From Obrimoposthia wandeli (Eukaryota): a DNA stretch of 64,000 nucleotides. The notes beneath the pieces are model-generated. The model worked only from the letters and a program-made list of their open reading frames with translations, did no database searches and was not told the origin of the DNA. The position numbers were made by a program, and so were the translations under genes. This document shows positions 9,378 to 19,269 of the stretch, one piece after another. How positions within the stretch are numbered: the first letter of the stretch is position 1; each line of letters starts with the position of its first letter. The stretch is from assembly GCA_977020255.1 (NCBI GenBank), contig CDROCS010004052.1, positions 1 through 64,000 on the forward strand. Reading direction: 5' to 3'.

Positions 9378-10757
9378 CTAATCACCTGAAAAATAATTGG
9401 CGAAGCTCGCTGTAGGTATTTTTGCTTTTATACTGGTTCCCACCACAGATGAAACATATTTAAACTCACCGTTATGATATTGAATCCGCTCTGCTAAGTT
9501 TCTTAAACCGATTCCTGAGTTTAATTTAGTCACTTTGGTCTGTGTATCAAACCCTTTACCGTTATCGACTATATTAAGTGTCAGCCATTTTTTATCTATC
9601 GCTAAATTAATGGTCACTTTACTCGCTTGGGCATGCTTTTCTACGTTAGTTAAGGCCTCTTGCACCGTTCGGTAAAGTGTTGTGCTTATATTGGCAGGCA
9701 ATATATTACGCACTGCAGGTTTAGCAAATTTTACCTGTATTTTGGTTCTGTCTGTAAATTCCGCTGCAAGCGAATCTATAGCCGATGACAAGCCTAATTC
9801 ATCTAAAACTCTAGGGTGTAGGTGGTGTGATATTCGTCGTATTTCTTGAATTGCGGTGACTAAGTTATTTTCAGCTTGTATCAGCGGTTGCGGTTTCTCT
9901 TGCTGCTGTTTTTTTAAGAATAGGCCTGTCGCTTCAATCGAGTATTTAATAGACACCATAATTTGAATAATGCCATCGTGTAGCTCTCTTGAAATATGAC
10001 GTCGCTCATCTTCTTGTAAGTTAATGATTTTCTGTCCAAGTTTATCAATTGTTAGCTCATTTTTGCGCTTTTGATTTAGATGGATAAATAAGCCCACCAT
10101 AAATAACAATGCGATAGATGACATAGTAACGCGCAAAATTATTTTCTGTGTACCTGCAATGTGCTGATCAATTTCTTGCTGTAATTTATTAAGCTGAGAA
10201 TTCACATCATCTAAATAAATGCCGGTGCCCAACATCCAATCTAACTTTTCTAAATACAGAGAGTAACTAATTTTCTCAGAGATACTCGCACTCGATGGTT
10301 TAAGCCAAGGGTACTGATAAAATCCGCCACCAGATTTAGCATTGCTTATCAGTATCTGTATTATTTTTTCACCTTTATTATTCTCTAATTCCCACCAATT
10401 TTTGCCTACTCTAAAAGGCTCTTTTGGATGACTAATGCCATTACCCGCTCCGTCATAAACAAAGAAATAACCATCTTGCCCATTAAATAATAGGCTACCA
10501 AGTACTTGCGCTACCCGTTGCTTTTGATAGCGAATACTCTCCTTTTCAGGCACTGATAAATGCTTAACCGCTGATGTTGCCAGCGATGTATAGTTTTTAA
10601 GTTCTTGCTTTTTTTGCTCAATTAGAAACGTCTCTAAGGTATTTAAGCTCTCGTGAGACAACTTACGGTATTCACCAGCGATCAAGTAATAGGTCACAAA
10701 CGCTGTCAATATCAGTTGCAAGACAACTAAGTAAAGTAACTTAAATGAAACGTTCAT
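9378..10757 (-). CDS. Sensor histidine kinase with single Cache (sCache_2) domain, HisKA_3 type
   Basis: Cache motifs GYFFVYD...HP and GGFYQYPW...K..Y....DWMLGTGIYLDD; H-box ERRHISRELHDG; ATPase EALTNVEKHA, DNGKGF and GIGLRN. Confidence 0.92.
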   Translation of the reverse strand: MNVSFKLLYLVVLQLILTAFVTYYLIAGEYRKLSHESLNTLETFLIEQKKQELKNYTSLATSAVKHLSVPEKESIRYQKQRVAQVLGSLLFNGQDGYFFVYDGAGNGISHPKEPFRVGKNWWELENNKGEKIIQILISNAKSGGGFYQYPWLKPSSASISEKISYSLYLEKLDWMLGTGIYLDDVNSQLNKLQQEIDQHIAGTQKIILRVTMSSIALLFMVGLFIHLNQKRKNELTIDKLGQKIINLQEDERRHISRELHDGIIQIMVSIKYSIEATGLFLKKQQQEKPQPLIQAENNLVTAIQEIRRISHHLHPRVLDELGLSSAIDSLAAEFTDRTKIQVKFAKPAVRNILPANISTTLYRTVQEALTNVEKHAQASKVTINLAIDKKWLTLNIVDNGKGFDTQTKVTKLNSGIGLRNLAERIQYHNGEFKYVSSVVGTSIKAKIPTASFANYFSGD

Positions 10758-10826
10758 GCGTTCAACCCCTTAATACTAAAAATGCACCACACTCGATTAT
10801 CGCAACTATCAGTTGAAACCACTATC

Positions 10827-10875
10827 GGTAGTTACCCTTAGGTATTTCTACCTAGTAAAAATGCGTAGTTGTACG
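10827..10875. promoter_or_regulatory. Candidate NarL-family response-regulator operators in the divergent HK/dctP promoter
   Basis: Perfect palindrome TAGGTA-N4-TACCTA at 10839-10854, CGTA-N4-TACG at 10864-10875 and the related GGTAGTTACCC at 10827-10837. Confidence 0.45.
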
Positions 10876-11082
10876 AATAGTTAGATTTTGAAAAATCTTT
10901 ATTATTTCCTATAGAACTTCTTAATTAGTGTACGTCCTGAAACAGGGCTGTGCGAGGTAGGCCCAATGATTCGAGATGGACACTAATTAGCTCGGCTTCC
11001 CCTTGCGCTCGCTCAGAAGCTCTTAATAAGAATAGTTGAACTGCCACTGTTCTTAAAGCTCTCTTAAAATAGGATAAAAATA

Positions 11083-12171
11083 ATGAAGAAAACACTCCTC
11101 AAATCTTTACTCGTTGTTGGCTTAGGTCTATCAACGTTAGGCTTAACTAATGTCGCTAACGCCGATGACAATAAAAAATACCAATGGCGTTTAGCAGAAA
11201 CTTGGGGGGCTAATTTCCCGATTTTTGGCGAAGCGAGTAAGAATATGGCCAAAATGGTGAAGGAAATGTCAAACGGCAGGCTCACTATTCGCATTGATTC
11301 ATCCAACAAACATAAGTCAGCCTTTGGTATTTTTGATTTTGTAAAAAGTGGCCAGTACCAAATGGGCCATTCGGCATCTTACTATTGGAAAGGTAAAGAT
11401 TTTAATACCTTATTTTTCACCACTATTCCATTTGGCATGACAACCAGTGAACAATACGCTTGGTTTTACCACGGTGGTGGCATGCAATTGATGAAGAGCG
11501 TGTACGATAAGTACGGCATTATGTCTTTCCCTGGCGGTAATACTGGTAACCAAATGGGCGGTTGGTTCAAGAAAGAAATAAACACACTCGAAGACCTTAA
11601 AGGTTTAAAAATGCGTATTCCTGGCTTTGCCGGTGAAGTATTCGCAAAACTGGGCGCAAAGCCGACTAACATCCCACCTGGAGAACTCTATACAGCGCTT
11701 GAGCGTAACACTATTGACGCATTAGAGTGGGTAGGGCCTTCATTAGACTTGCGCATGGGCTTTCATAAAATAGCGCCGTTTTACTACACCGGCTGGCACG
11801 AACCAGCCACTGAACTGCAGTTCATGGTTAACCAAAAAGCCTATGATTCACTGCCTAAAGATTTGCAAAAAATCTTAACCGTCGCAATGAAAACTGCCGC
11901 TTACGATATGTACACACAGTCGACTCACGAAAGTGGAAAAAACTTAGACACCATTTTAACTGAGTATCCTAATATCGAAATTCGCACTTTTCCAGAACCT
12001 GTCATGACAGCTATTGGCGATGCGAATAAAAAATTGTTAGCAGAGTTTGCCGCTAAAGACCCTGTGACTGAAAAAATCCTTAAGTCTCTACAAACCTACC
12101 AAACTAAAGTACGCAAGTGGACTGATATTTCTGACCGAGCTTATCTAAATAATTTCGACGATAAAAAGTAA
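11083..12171 (+). CDS. dctP: TRAP transporter substrate-binding protein (TakP/2-oxoacid-lactate type)
   Basis: Signal peptide; QMGHSASYYWKGK, GNTGNQMGGWFKKEI, KMRIPG and EWVGP motifs. Confidence 0.92.
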   Translation: MKKTLLKSLLVVGLGLSTLGLTNVANADDNKKYQWRLAETWGANFPIFGEASKNMAKMVKEMSNGRLTIRIDSSNKHKSAFGIFDFVKSGQYQMGHSASYYWKGKDFNTLFFTTIPFGMTTSEQYAWFYHGGGMQLMKSVYDKYGIMSFPGGNTGNQMGGWFKKEINTLEDLKGLKMRIPGFAGEVFAKLGAKPTNIPPGELYTALERNTIDALEWVGPSLDLRMGFHKIAPFYYTGWHEPATELQFMVNQKAYDSLPKDLQKILTVAMKTAAYDMYTQSTHESGKNLDTILTEYPNIEIRTFPEPVMTAIGDANKKLLAEFAAKDPVTEKILKSLQTYQTKVRKWTDISDRAYLNNFDDKK

Positions 12172-12186
12172 CGTATTAAGATAAAC

Positions 12187-12214
12187 AACCTATAGCGAAA
12201 ACTATAGGTTTTTT
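12187..12214 (+). terminator. Intrinsic terminator/attenuator between dctP and dctQ
   Basis: AACCTATAG-CGAAAA-CTATAGGTT followed by a T-run. Confidence 0.7.
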
Positions 12215-12227
12215 CAGTGAGATTACT

Positions 12228-12749
12228 ATGAATACACTGCTACACCCTCTGGGTAAATTTATTGATTTTATCGGCAGCTTATGCAGCCTGATTATGATTT
12301 TAATGGTGCTTAATGTCTTTTATGACGTGCTTATGCGCTACTTTTTCAACGATGTAAGTATCGGTATGCAAGAGCTTGAATGGCATTTGTTTGCAGCAAT
12401 GTTTATGTTGGGAATAGGCTATACACTTAAAGAAGACGGCCATGTTAGAGTCGATGTTTTCTACGAGGGGATGAACGCTAAAGCCCAGGCGGCGATCAAT
12501 ATCTTTGGCTCCGTTTTTTTCGCATTACCTATTACTTGTATCATCCTCTATTACGGCTGGGGCTACACGTTTGAAGCGTATAGCATGGGTGAGGGCAGCC
12601 CCGACCCCGGTGGCTTACCGCATCGCTGGATCGTGCGATCTATCATCCCTATCTCCTGTACTTTTCTAGTCTTTTGCATCGCTCATGTATTAATGCAAAA
12701 CATCATCGCATTCCGTAATGTAGATAATAAGAAGGGGCTAAACCCATGA
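12228..12749 (+). CDS. dctQ: TRAP transporter small permease
   Basis: Four TM segments; ELEWHLF and GHVRVDVFY motifs. Confidence 0.92.
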   Translation: MNTLLHPLGKFIDFIGSLCSLIMILMVLNVFYDVLMRYFFNDVSIGMQELEWHLFAAMFMLGIGYTLKEDGHVRVDVFYEGMNAKAQAAINIFGSVFFALPITCIILYYGWGYTFEAYSMGEGSPDPGGLPHRWIVRSIIPISCTFLVFCIAHVLMQNIIAFRNVDNKKGLNP

Positions 12750-14026
12750 CCGGTATTGTGCTATTTGCAATCGCATTATTTTCATTGTTTTTAGGCTATT
12801 CAGTCGCTTTCACCTTTGCTGGTGTATCAGTTATCGTTGGGGTTATTGTACTTGGCCTCGATCTATTTTCCTTTATGCCATTTCGTATTATGAGTATTAT
12901 GGAAAACACCATTTTAATGGCTATTCCGATGTTCGTTTTCATGGGGATTGTATTACAAAAAACCGGACTGGCTGAGCGGTTACTTGAATCATCAGCAAAA
13001 CTGTTTGGCTCGATACCGGGTGGCATCGCTATTTCGACTATTGTTGTTGGGGCCTTACTTGCAGCCTCCACTGGTGTAGTTGGTGCCAGTGTCGTCGCGA
13101 TGGGGGTTATCTCCTTGCCTGTGATGCTAAAAAACAATTATCACGAACCCACTGCAACAGGCGTTATTTGCGCATCCGGGACACTGGGGCAAATTATTCC
13201 ACCTTCAATAATTTTAATCATCCTCGGTGATGTAATGGGAGTACCTGTTGGTGATTTATTCAAGGCAGCGGTATTACCCGGTAGCTTATTGATTGTCTGC
13301 TATGCGATATACATACTCGTTCTTAGTAAGTTCAAGCCTGATTTTTGTCCACCGATGCAAGTAACACAAAATAAAAAAGCTTTATTGATCCAAGCAGCTA
13401 AAGATATTCTTCCGCCATTAATTTTAATTTTTTCTGTGCTGGGCTCTATTTTTAGCGGTGTTGCTACACCGACAGAATCGGCTTCAATTGGTGCTGTTGG
13501 CGCTGTTGTACTCTCCGTCTTTTATGGTGGTTTTTCATTCTCTAAAATCAGTGATGTATCTAAAGAGACAGTAAAGGTCACCTCGATGATTTTTGCCGTA
13601 TTACTAGGTGCTACCGCTTTTTCAATGGTGTTTAGTTATTCAGGCAGTGAATATCTTATCGAAGAGTTCTTCCTCGATTTACCAGGGGATAAATGGTCAT
13701 TTATTTTAATCGCTATGTTGGCCATTTTAATATTAGGCTTCTTTATCGATTTCATAGAGATCGCTTTTTTAGTAGTACCTATTCTAATTCCCGTCGCAAT
13801 AGCACTAGAGATAGATTTAATTTGGTTCGCCATTTTAATTTCTATGAATCTACAAACATCTTTTTTAACCCCTCCGTTTGGCTTCAGCCTATTTTATTTA
13901 AAAGGGGTCGCACCAAAATCATTAAAAACCACCACCATATATAAAGGCGTTGTACCTTTTATCTTGATACAAATCGCCGTGTTAGTGCTCGTGCTAATAT
14001 TTCCTCAATATTTGATACTCAATTGA
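12746..14026 (+). CDS. dctM: TRAP transporter large permease
   Basis: Polytopic; AIPMFVFMG, ASGTLGQIIPPS and TPPFG motifs; ATGA overlap with dctQ. Confidence 0.92.
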   Translation: MTGIVLFAIALFSLFLGYSVAFTFAGVSVIVGVIVLGLDLFSFMPFRIMSIMENTILMAIPMFVFMGIVLQKTGLAERLLESSAKLFGSIPGGIAISTIVVGALLAASTGVVGASVVAMGVISLPVMLKNNYHEPTATGVICASGTLGQIIPPSIILIILGDVMGVPVGDLFKAAVLPGSLLIVCYAIYILVLSKFKPDFCPPMQVTQNKKALLIQAAKDILPPLILIFSVLGSIFSGVATPTESASIGAVGAVVLSVFYGGFSFSKISDVSKETVKVTSMIFAVLLGATAFSMVFSYSGSEYLIEEFFLDLPGDKWSFILIAMLAILILGFFIDFIEIAFLVVPILIPVAIALEIDLIWFAILISMNLQTSFLTPPFGFSLFYLKGVAPKSLKTTTIYKGVVPFILIQIAVLVLVLIFPQYLILN

Positions 14027-14443
14027 CGACAAACAACATAGGTTAACCGCTCTAAATATTAGCTACAGGGACGTAGCGATTACCCATTTTTGATGGCTGT
14101 ACTTAGTAGCTTCTGAACAGTTTCAGTTGAATATATCATTACATCTCTAAAAATCCGACGGGTATCTTGGCAGCGAGTGCTGGCATAAATCAACTCTCCC
14201 GCTCAATTGCTATCACTTATCGTTATTAATCAAGACTGACCTATTGCTCTTTACCTCAATGCGCTCAAAACCTCTTATTATTCAATACTTAGCCTAGGAT
14301 TCTGTCGAACTTATTGCTAATCTACTGCGAATAACCTGCCTCAAATCTTATTTTCACGATCGGCTAAGTCCAACAAGCTCCTTGTGTAGTAAAATAGCTA
14401 TCTATGTGGCATATTAGCTGGTCATCCTTCGTAGAATCTTTGC

Positions 14444-15424
14444 TTGAGCACACTACCATTTATGCATAACACACTTAAAACAAGCATTGGCGTTTTCTTC
14501 TTATTTATCAATAATTTGTCTTTTGCTGCACAACATACCCATATAGCGACCTCACACTTTGCTTTTTTTGAAGTTCCTTTTTTAATACTTGCTGTGGTGT
14601 TATCTATTTATTGTGCTATCACCCTTAAAAACCTAAAAGCATCTCCCTCCCCCAGACAGCTCAGCAAAGCAATGTTTGCTTTCTCAACTGGTTTTTTTAT
14701 CATGGCTATCGGCCATGCAGTGATGCTCTACCGAAAATTTAATGATATTGATCTATTTATTGAAATTTTTGGTCCCACTTTAGGCGGGACTATGTGGATC
14801 ATTGCATTGTCGCTTACCTGGACTTTCTTTGCGATTGGCGCCTATATAGTTATACGCGGTATTACTCGCTCTGAAATAGAGAATAAAACCGGGCGCTTAT
14901 TACAACTAAACAAAGAATTGGTTAATAAAGCTTATACCGACGGATTAACTCAATTATTAAATAGGCAATGTTTCGAGGAAAACGCAGCGAATTATTGGCA
15001 GGAGATTCGCACTAAAAGTACTCAATCACAATTTTCTATCTTAATGATAGACGCAGATTACTTTAAAACAATAAATGATAAATTTGGCCACTCAGGTGGA
15101 GACTTTGTCCTCAAAACTGTTGCTGATAGCTTAAAAGAAACGGTACGCAACAATGATGCGGTGTTCCGTTATGGCGGTGAAGAGTTTTGTGTATTAATCA
15201 AAGATACACCACACCAGGCAGCGCTTAAAATAGCTGAGCGCACGCGTGAAGAAATAGCCAAAACGACTATTAACTTCAACCAGCAGGCTATCAATATAAC
15301 CGTTAGCATAGGTATCGCTCACTGCCTTGATACCCATACGAGCCTCAATGAGTTAGTGATTGAAGCAGATAAAGCACTGTATTTAGCCAAAGATAAAGGG
15401 CGTAATCAAGTCGTGGTGTTTTAG
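14444..15424 (+). CDS. Membrane-anchored diguanylate cyclase (GGDEF)
   Basis: N-terminal TM helices, TDGLTQLLNR, DADYFKTIND.FGH, active site RYGGEEF and I-site RNND. Start codon uncertain. Confidence 0.9.
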   Translation: MSTLPFMHNTLKTSIGVFFLFINNLSFAAQHTHIATSHFAFFEVPFLILAVVLSIYCAITLKNLKASPSPRQLSKAMFAFSTGFFIMAIGHAVMLYRKFNDIDLFIEIFGPTLGGTMWIIALSLTWTFFAIGAYIVIRGITRSEIENKTGRLLQLNKELVNKAYTDGLTQLLNRQCFEENAANYWQEIRTKSTQSQFSILMIDADYFKTINDKFGHSGGDFVLKTVADSLKETVRNNDAVFRYGGEEFCVLIKDTPHQAALKIAERTREEIAKTTINFNQQAINITVSIGIAHCLDTHTSLNELVIEADKALYLAKDKGRNQVVVF

Positions 15425-15552
15425 CTACCCCCATAAAGAAAAAGCGCATTACAAAAGATAACGACACTGCCTTCAACGCTCATCAAAGATATCCACGAAG
15501 GGTGATATAAGCGCATCTGTTCTTGCTTACGCTATTAACTTTTAACTGCTGT

Positions 15553-15996
15553 TCACTGCCCATCTAAATACCTTTTTTCAAGTTCAGGTGTAGGTAAAAA
15601 ACAGGTATCGTATTTACCAAACAGTTTATATCTATTTAGTGCGATACGATCATACAACCAATTACGTATTGGTAATGGGACTATTTTTAAGCACGTTAAT
15701 AATATCCAAGGTAACCCTAAGGTTTTCATTACATATAAAAAAGCCACACTTTTCTCAAGGCAAACATTGTCATGTATTACTAACATCGTATTAAACGCAT
15801 CCGTCGGGTAATTAAAGTGCGCGAGTATCTCTTTACCTGCTGTAGATTGCACACTAGCCAATTTAAATACCTGCTTTTTATCATATCGAATAATAAAGTG
15901 GCTCCATGCATGACAAAGTTTGCACACCCCATCAAACAAAATGACTTTGTCGGATTGCTCTATATGTGGAGGTTTGATCTCTTGTGTGACTTTCAT
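15553..15996 (-). CDS. DCC1-like thiol-disulfide oxidoreductase (DUF393/YuxK family)
   Basis: ILFDGVCKLC (DxxCxxC) and RNWLYDRIALNRYKLFGK motifs. Confidence 0.88.
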   Translation of the reverse strand: MKVTQEIKPPHIEQSDKVILFDGVCKLCHAWSHFIIRYDKKQVFKLASVQSTAGKEILAHFNYPTDAFNTMLVIHDNVCLEKSVAFLYVMKTLGLPWILLTCLKIVPLPIRNWLYDRIALNRYKLFGKYDTCFLPTPELEKRYLDGQ

Positions 15997-16267
15997 TTTA
16001 TCTCACCCTTATCTTTGATAATCAGTGTATTTAAATCAAAAACCTGTAGCAAATTTTAAGGAAATATTTTCAGATTCATACAGCTATATCCTTTACGTCT
16101 CTATAAAGCTAAAACTAGCAACTTTCAAGCTGCAAAAAAACATCTAATGCCCCTCATTGCAATAATTTTCACATCTTCTTGAGCTGTCACATCCTTGTCA
16201 TACTGACTATATATCTTATTGAAATGCCTTTTGGGGCTCTGTGTTTTAAATTATAAGAGACTTTAAT

Positions 16268-17701
16268 ATGTCGAGAAAAAAATGCCTTTCAACTATCTTG
16301 AAAAACACCGCACTCACCTCTCTAGTTGCTACCTCAGCTGTCATTGCTGCACCTGTAGCCGCTCTAACACCTGAAACAACATTGGGAGTTGAACAGATTG
16401 ATCCTCTCAAAGGCGCCGCTCTGCCATTCGAAGTTTTACGTCATGATATTAGTGATAATGCAACAGGAGGCAACATGCTAGAAATTCGCAATGGAGGCTA
16501 CGGTTCTGATATGACAGCCCACCCTACCAATAAGCATCAGTTTTATGCACTCACTGATCGCGGCCCAAATGCATCTTATAAGGATGCTATTTATGGCAAA
16601 GGTAAAATTTTTCCCACACCTGATTACACGCCACGCATTGGTTTATTTGAAGTAACCCCAACCGGCAACGTTATTTTAGTAAAAAATATTCTATTGAAAC
16701 GTCCTAATGGCAAAAAAATTACAGGCTTGCCAAATAATGCAGCAATGGGCGGCACCGGAGAAACCCCTTTTAATATCAATAAAAAACCGATAGTCCATGA
16801 TATGAGCAAACCTTTTAATAAAGACACCAACCCTATTAAATTAGATAACTACGGCCTAGACGGTGAAGGATTAGTAGCACTTAGCGACGGTACGTTTTGG
16901 GTCAGTGACGAATACGGGCCGCACATTGTTCATTTTGATCAAAACGGTATCGAAATTAATAGAATCAATCCATTTACTAAAGACAATCGCGGTACTATTA
17001 AGCTGCCTGCTGAATTAGCAAAAAGACGGCCAAACAGAGGGATGGAAGGCTTAGGTATAACGCCTAATGAGACAACCCTAATCGGTACAATGCAATCAAC
17101 CATCTACAACCCTGATAAGCAGGTTAAGAATTTAGATTTAATCAGACTAGTGACTGTCAATCTCAACACAGGAAAAACCGGCCAATACCTCTACAAACAA
17201 GAGAAACCGCAAAACTCTAATTCAGGCATTACAGCCCTTTCAGATAAAGAGTTTATCGTTATTGAGCGCGATGGGGCTTTTATTCGTGACAACCCAGCAG
17301 CGATGAAGCGTTTATATCGCATTGATTTAACCCATGCTACTAATCTAGAAAACGTTGAACTCGCTAATGGCTTGGCGCAAGATCCAGAATTAGGCCTAAC
17401 CATTGATGGAAAAACTTTAGAGCAATATGTATTAGTAAATGGCTGGCAAGCATTAGAGCATTATCAAATCAAAGCTGTAAGCAAAACGTTAGTCGCAGAC
17501 CTTAACCAAAGCATCGGCTACGCCCACGATAAGCTCGAAGGAATTTGGCTTATAGATTCAAGCACCGTCGGTGTGTTAAATGATGACGATTTTGCTACGT
17601 GGGGGAAAAAGGGTAAGTTAGAGCAAAAGTATTTAAATAAAGAAAAAACCATCATTGATACTAATACGCTATATATCCTCAAAGACTTACAACTAAATTA
17701 A
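16268..17701 (+). CDS. Secreted esterase-like-activity-of-phytase family protein
   Basis: Signal peptide; ALTDRGPN, LDGEGL, FWVSDEYGP, NRGMEGL, KLEGI and NDDDF motifs. Confidence 0.85.
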   Translation: MSRKKCLSTILKNTALTSLVATSAVIAAPVAALTPETTLGVEQIDPLKGAALPFEVLRHDISDNATGGNMLEIRNGGYGSDMTAHPTNKHQFYALTDRGPNASYKDAIYGKGKIFPTPDYTPRIGLFEVTPTGNVILVKNILLKRPNGKKITGLPNNAAMGGTGETPFNINKKPIVHDMSKPFNKDTNPIKLDNYGLDGEGLVALSDGTFWVSDEYGPHIVHFDQNGIEINRINPFTKDNRGTIKLPAELAKRRPNRGMEGLGITPNETTLIGTMQSTIYNPDKQVKNLDLIRLVTVNLNTGKTGQYLYKQEKPQNSNSGITALSDKEFIVIERDGAFIRDNPAAMKRLYRIDLTHATNLENVELANGLAQDPELGLTIDGKTLEQYVLVNGWQALEHYQIKAVSKTLVADLNQSIGYAHDKLEGIWLIDSSTVGVLNDDDFATWGKKGKLEQKYLNKEKTIIDTNTLYILKDLQLN

Positions 17702-17867
17702 AGCAGCTAGACCAATCATTATAGTCATAAAATAGATGTAAGGACTTTGCAACAACAGATTAAAAGCAACGTAAGCGCTTAATAGCCTTGCGTTGCTTGA
17801 GATAACTTAACGCTTAAAACCTCTTTGCAACTCAACTGCGTAATACAACAATCAATCACCCCTCCTT

Positions 17868-17935
17868 GCATAGTTTTTTTTAATCCTATATAGAAATTAA
17901 TACTATTTTATTAATATAAAAATTCACTCTATGCT
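17868..17935 (+). promoter_or_regulatory. LysR box + sigma70 promoter A of the hin-like regulon
   Basis: GCATAGTTTTTTTTAATCC (17868-17886), 14 nt, TACTATTTTAT; -35 TTTATT (17907-17912), 17 nt, -10 TATGCT (17930-17935). Confidence 0.7.
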
Positions 17936-18009
17936 CCTTTACTCCACTTTCTTTTGATTTACATCAAACTTAACTCAGCGATGTGAATAATAACAGCATA
18001 GGGTTTTCA

Positions 18010-19167
18010 ATGGCGCAGCAGCTCACTCTTGATATATTAAAACGGCTCATATCTTTTGATACCACCAGCTGTCATTCAAATTTGGCACTGATGCACTATA
18101 TCCAAGGATATTTGCACAGCTATGCTATCAGCAGCCAATTAATCTATAACGAACAGCGCACTAAAGCGAACCTCTACGCAACCATAGGCCCCGTAAATAA
18201 AGCGGGCATCATGCTTTCAGGGCACACCGATACCGTGCCTGTTACCGGCCAAAACTGGGAGAGCGACCCTTACCAGCTATCCCAGCGCAAAGGGCGACTA
18301 TATGGTCGCGGCAGCTGCGACATGAAAGGTTTTATAGCCACTGCATTAGCTGCAATACCCCAAATAGACACTAAAAAACTACACACACCTTTGCACCTTG
18401 CCTTCTCTTACGATGAAGAAATAGGCTGTATAGGCGTACGCCGCATGATTGATATGTTAGCCCAGCACCCTATTAAACCTTCTATTTGTATTATTGGCGA
18501 GCCAACTTCGATGCAAGTGGTGACAGCGCATAAAGGTAAAATTGCAGCGCGCGTCACTGTACAGGGCAAGGAATGCCATTCAGGTATGGCGCCCCAAGGG
18601 GTAAATGCAATTAACTACGCAGCAAGGCTGATTGTTTGGCTAGAGCAACTGGCGCTAGAGAAGCAAAACACCGGCCCATTTGATCCAAGCTACGACATTC
18701 CATACAGCACCGTGCATACCGGAACAATCAAAGGGGGTAATGCACTCAACATTGTTCCTAAACTCGCTACTTTCGATTTTGAAATCCGTAACATAGGAGC
18801 CGAATCTAGCACCCCTTTATTAGAGCGTTTACACACTTACGCTGATCAACTCAGTGCGCAAATGCAAACAATTGATAGCCACTGCCATATAGATATACAA
18901 ATAATTACACAGTACCCAGGGCTCACCACAACCAGAGATACTCATGCTATCGATTTTGTTAAAAAGCTTAGCGCAAACAACAGCATTGCCAGCATCAACT
19001 TTGGCACTGAAGGGGGTCTATTTAGCTCGCAACTAGGTGTAGCCACGCTGGTTTGCGGCCCTGGCAGTATGGATCAAGGGCACAAACCTAATGAGTTTGT
19101 CAGCCTGACACAAATAGAGCATTGCGAAGCATTTATGAGTCGTTTGATTAATGAAATAAGCGACTGA
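18010..19167 (+). CDS. argE: Acetylornithine deacetylase-like M20 amidohydrolase (ArgE family); probable hin pathway hydrolase
   Basis: LSGHTDTVP, GRGSCDMKGF, YDEEIGC, IIGEPT and GHKPNEF motifs. Alternative start GTG 17983. Confidence 0.85.
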   Translation: MAQQLTLDILKRLISFDTTSCHSNLALMHYIQGYLHSYAISSQLIYNEQRTKANLYATIGPVNKAGIMLSGHTDTVPVTGQNWESDPYQLSQRKGRLYGRGSCDMKGFIATALAAIPQIDTKKLHTPLHLAFSYDEEIGCIGVRRMIDMLAQHPIKPSICIIGEPTSMQVVTAHKGKIAARVTVQGKECHSGMAPQGVNAINYAARLIVWLEQLALEKQNTGPFDPSYDIPYSTVHTGTIKGGNALNIVPKLATFDFEIRNIGAESSTPLLERLHTYADQLSAQMQTIDSHCHIDIQIITQYPGLTTTRDTHAIDFVKKLSANNSIASINFGTEGGLFSSQLGVATLVCGPGSMDQGHKPNEFVSLTQIEHCEAFMSRLINEISD

Positions 19168-19269
19168 TACCGAACCGCTTTATCTGGATAAAAATGCGTA
19201 TTTAAGTAAGCGCTGCATCCTATCGTATTGCATCAGCTGACAATAAAATAAAAAAACCAGGAGGAAACT

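Noticed and set aside
10921-10990. c-di-GMP-I or other known riboswitch
   Set aside because: It lacks the GGCAAAC/GCAAAGC core and I recognised no other Rfam consensus; kept only as an unassigned structure.
14040-14440. MITE or IS-end remnant between dctM and the diguanylate cyclase gene
   Set aside because: It vaguely resembles gammaproteobacterial intergenic repeats, but I could not define terminal inverted repeats, a target duplication or a second copy.
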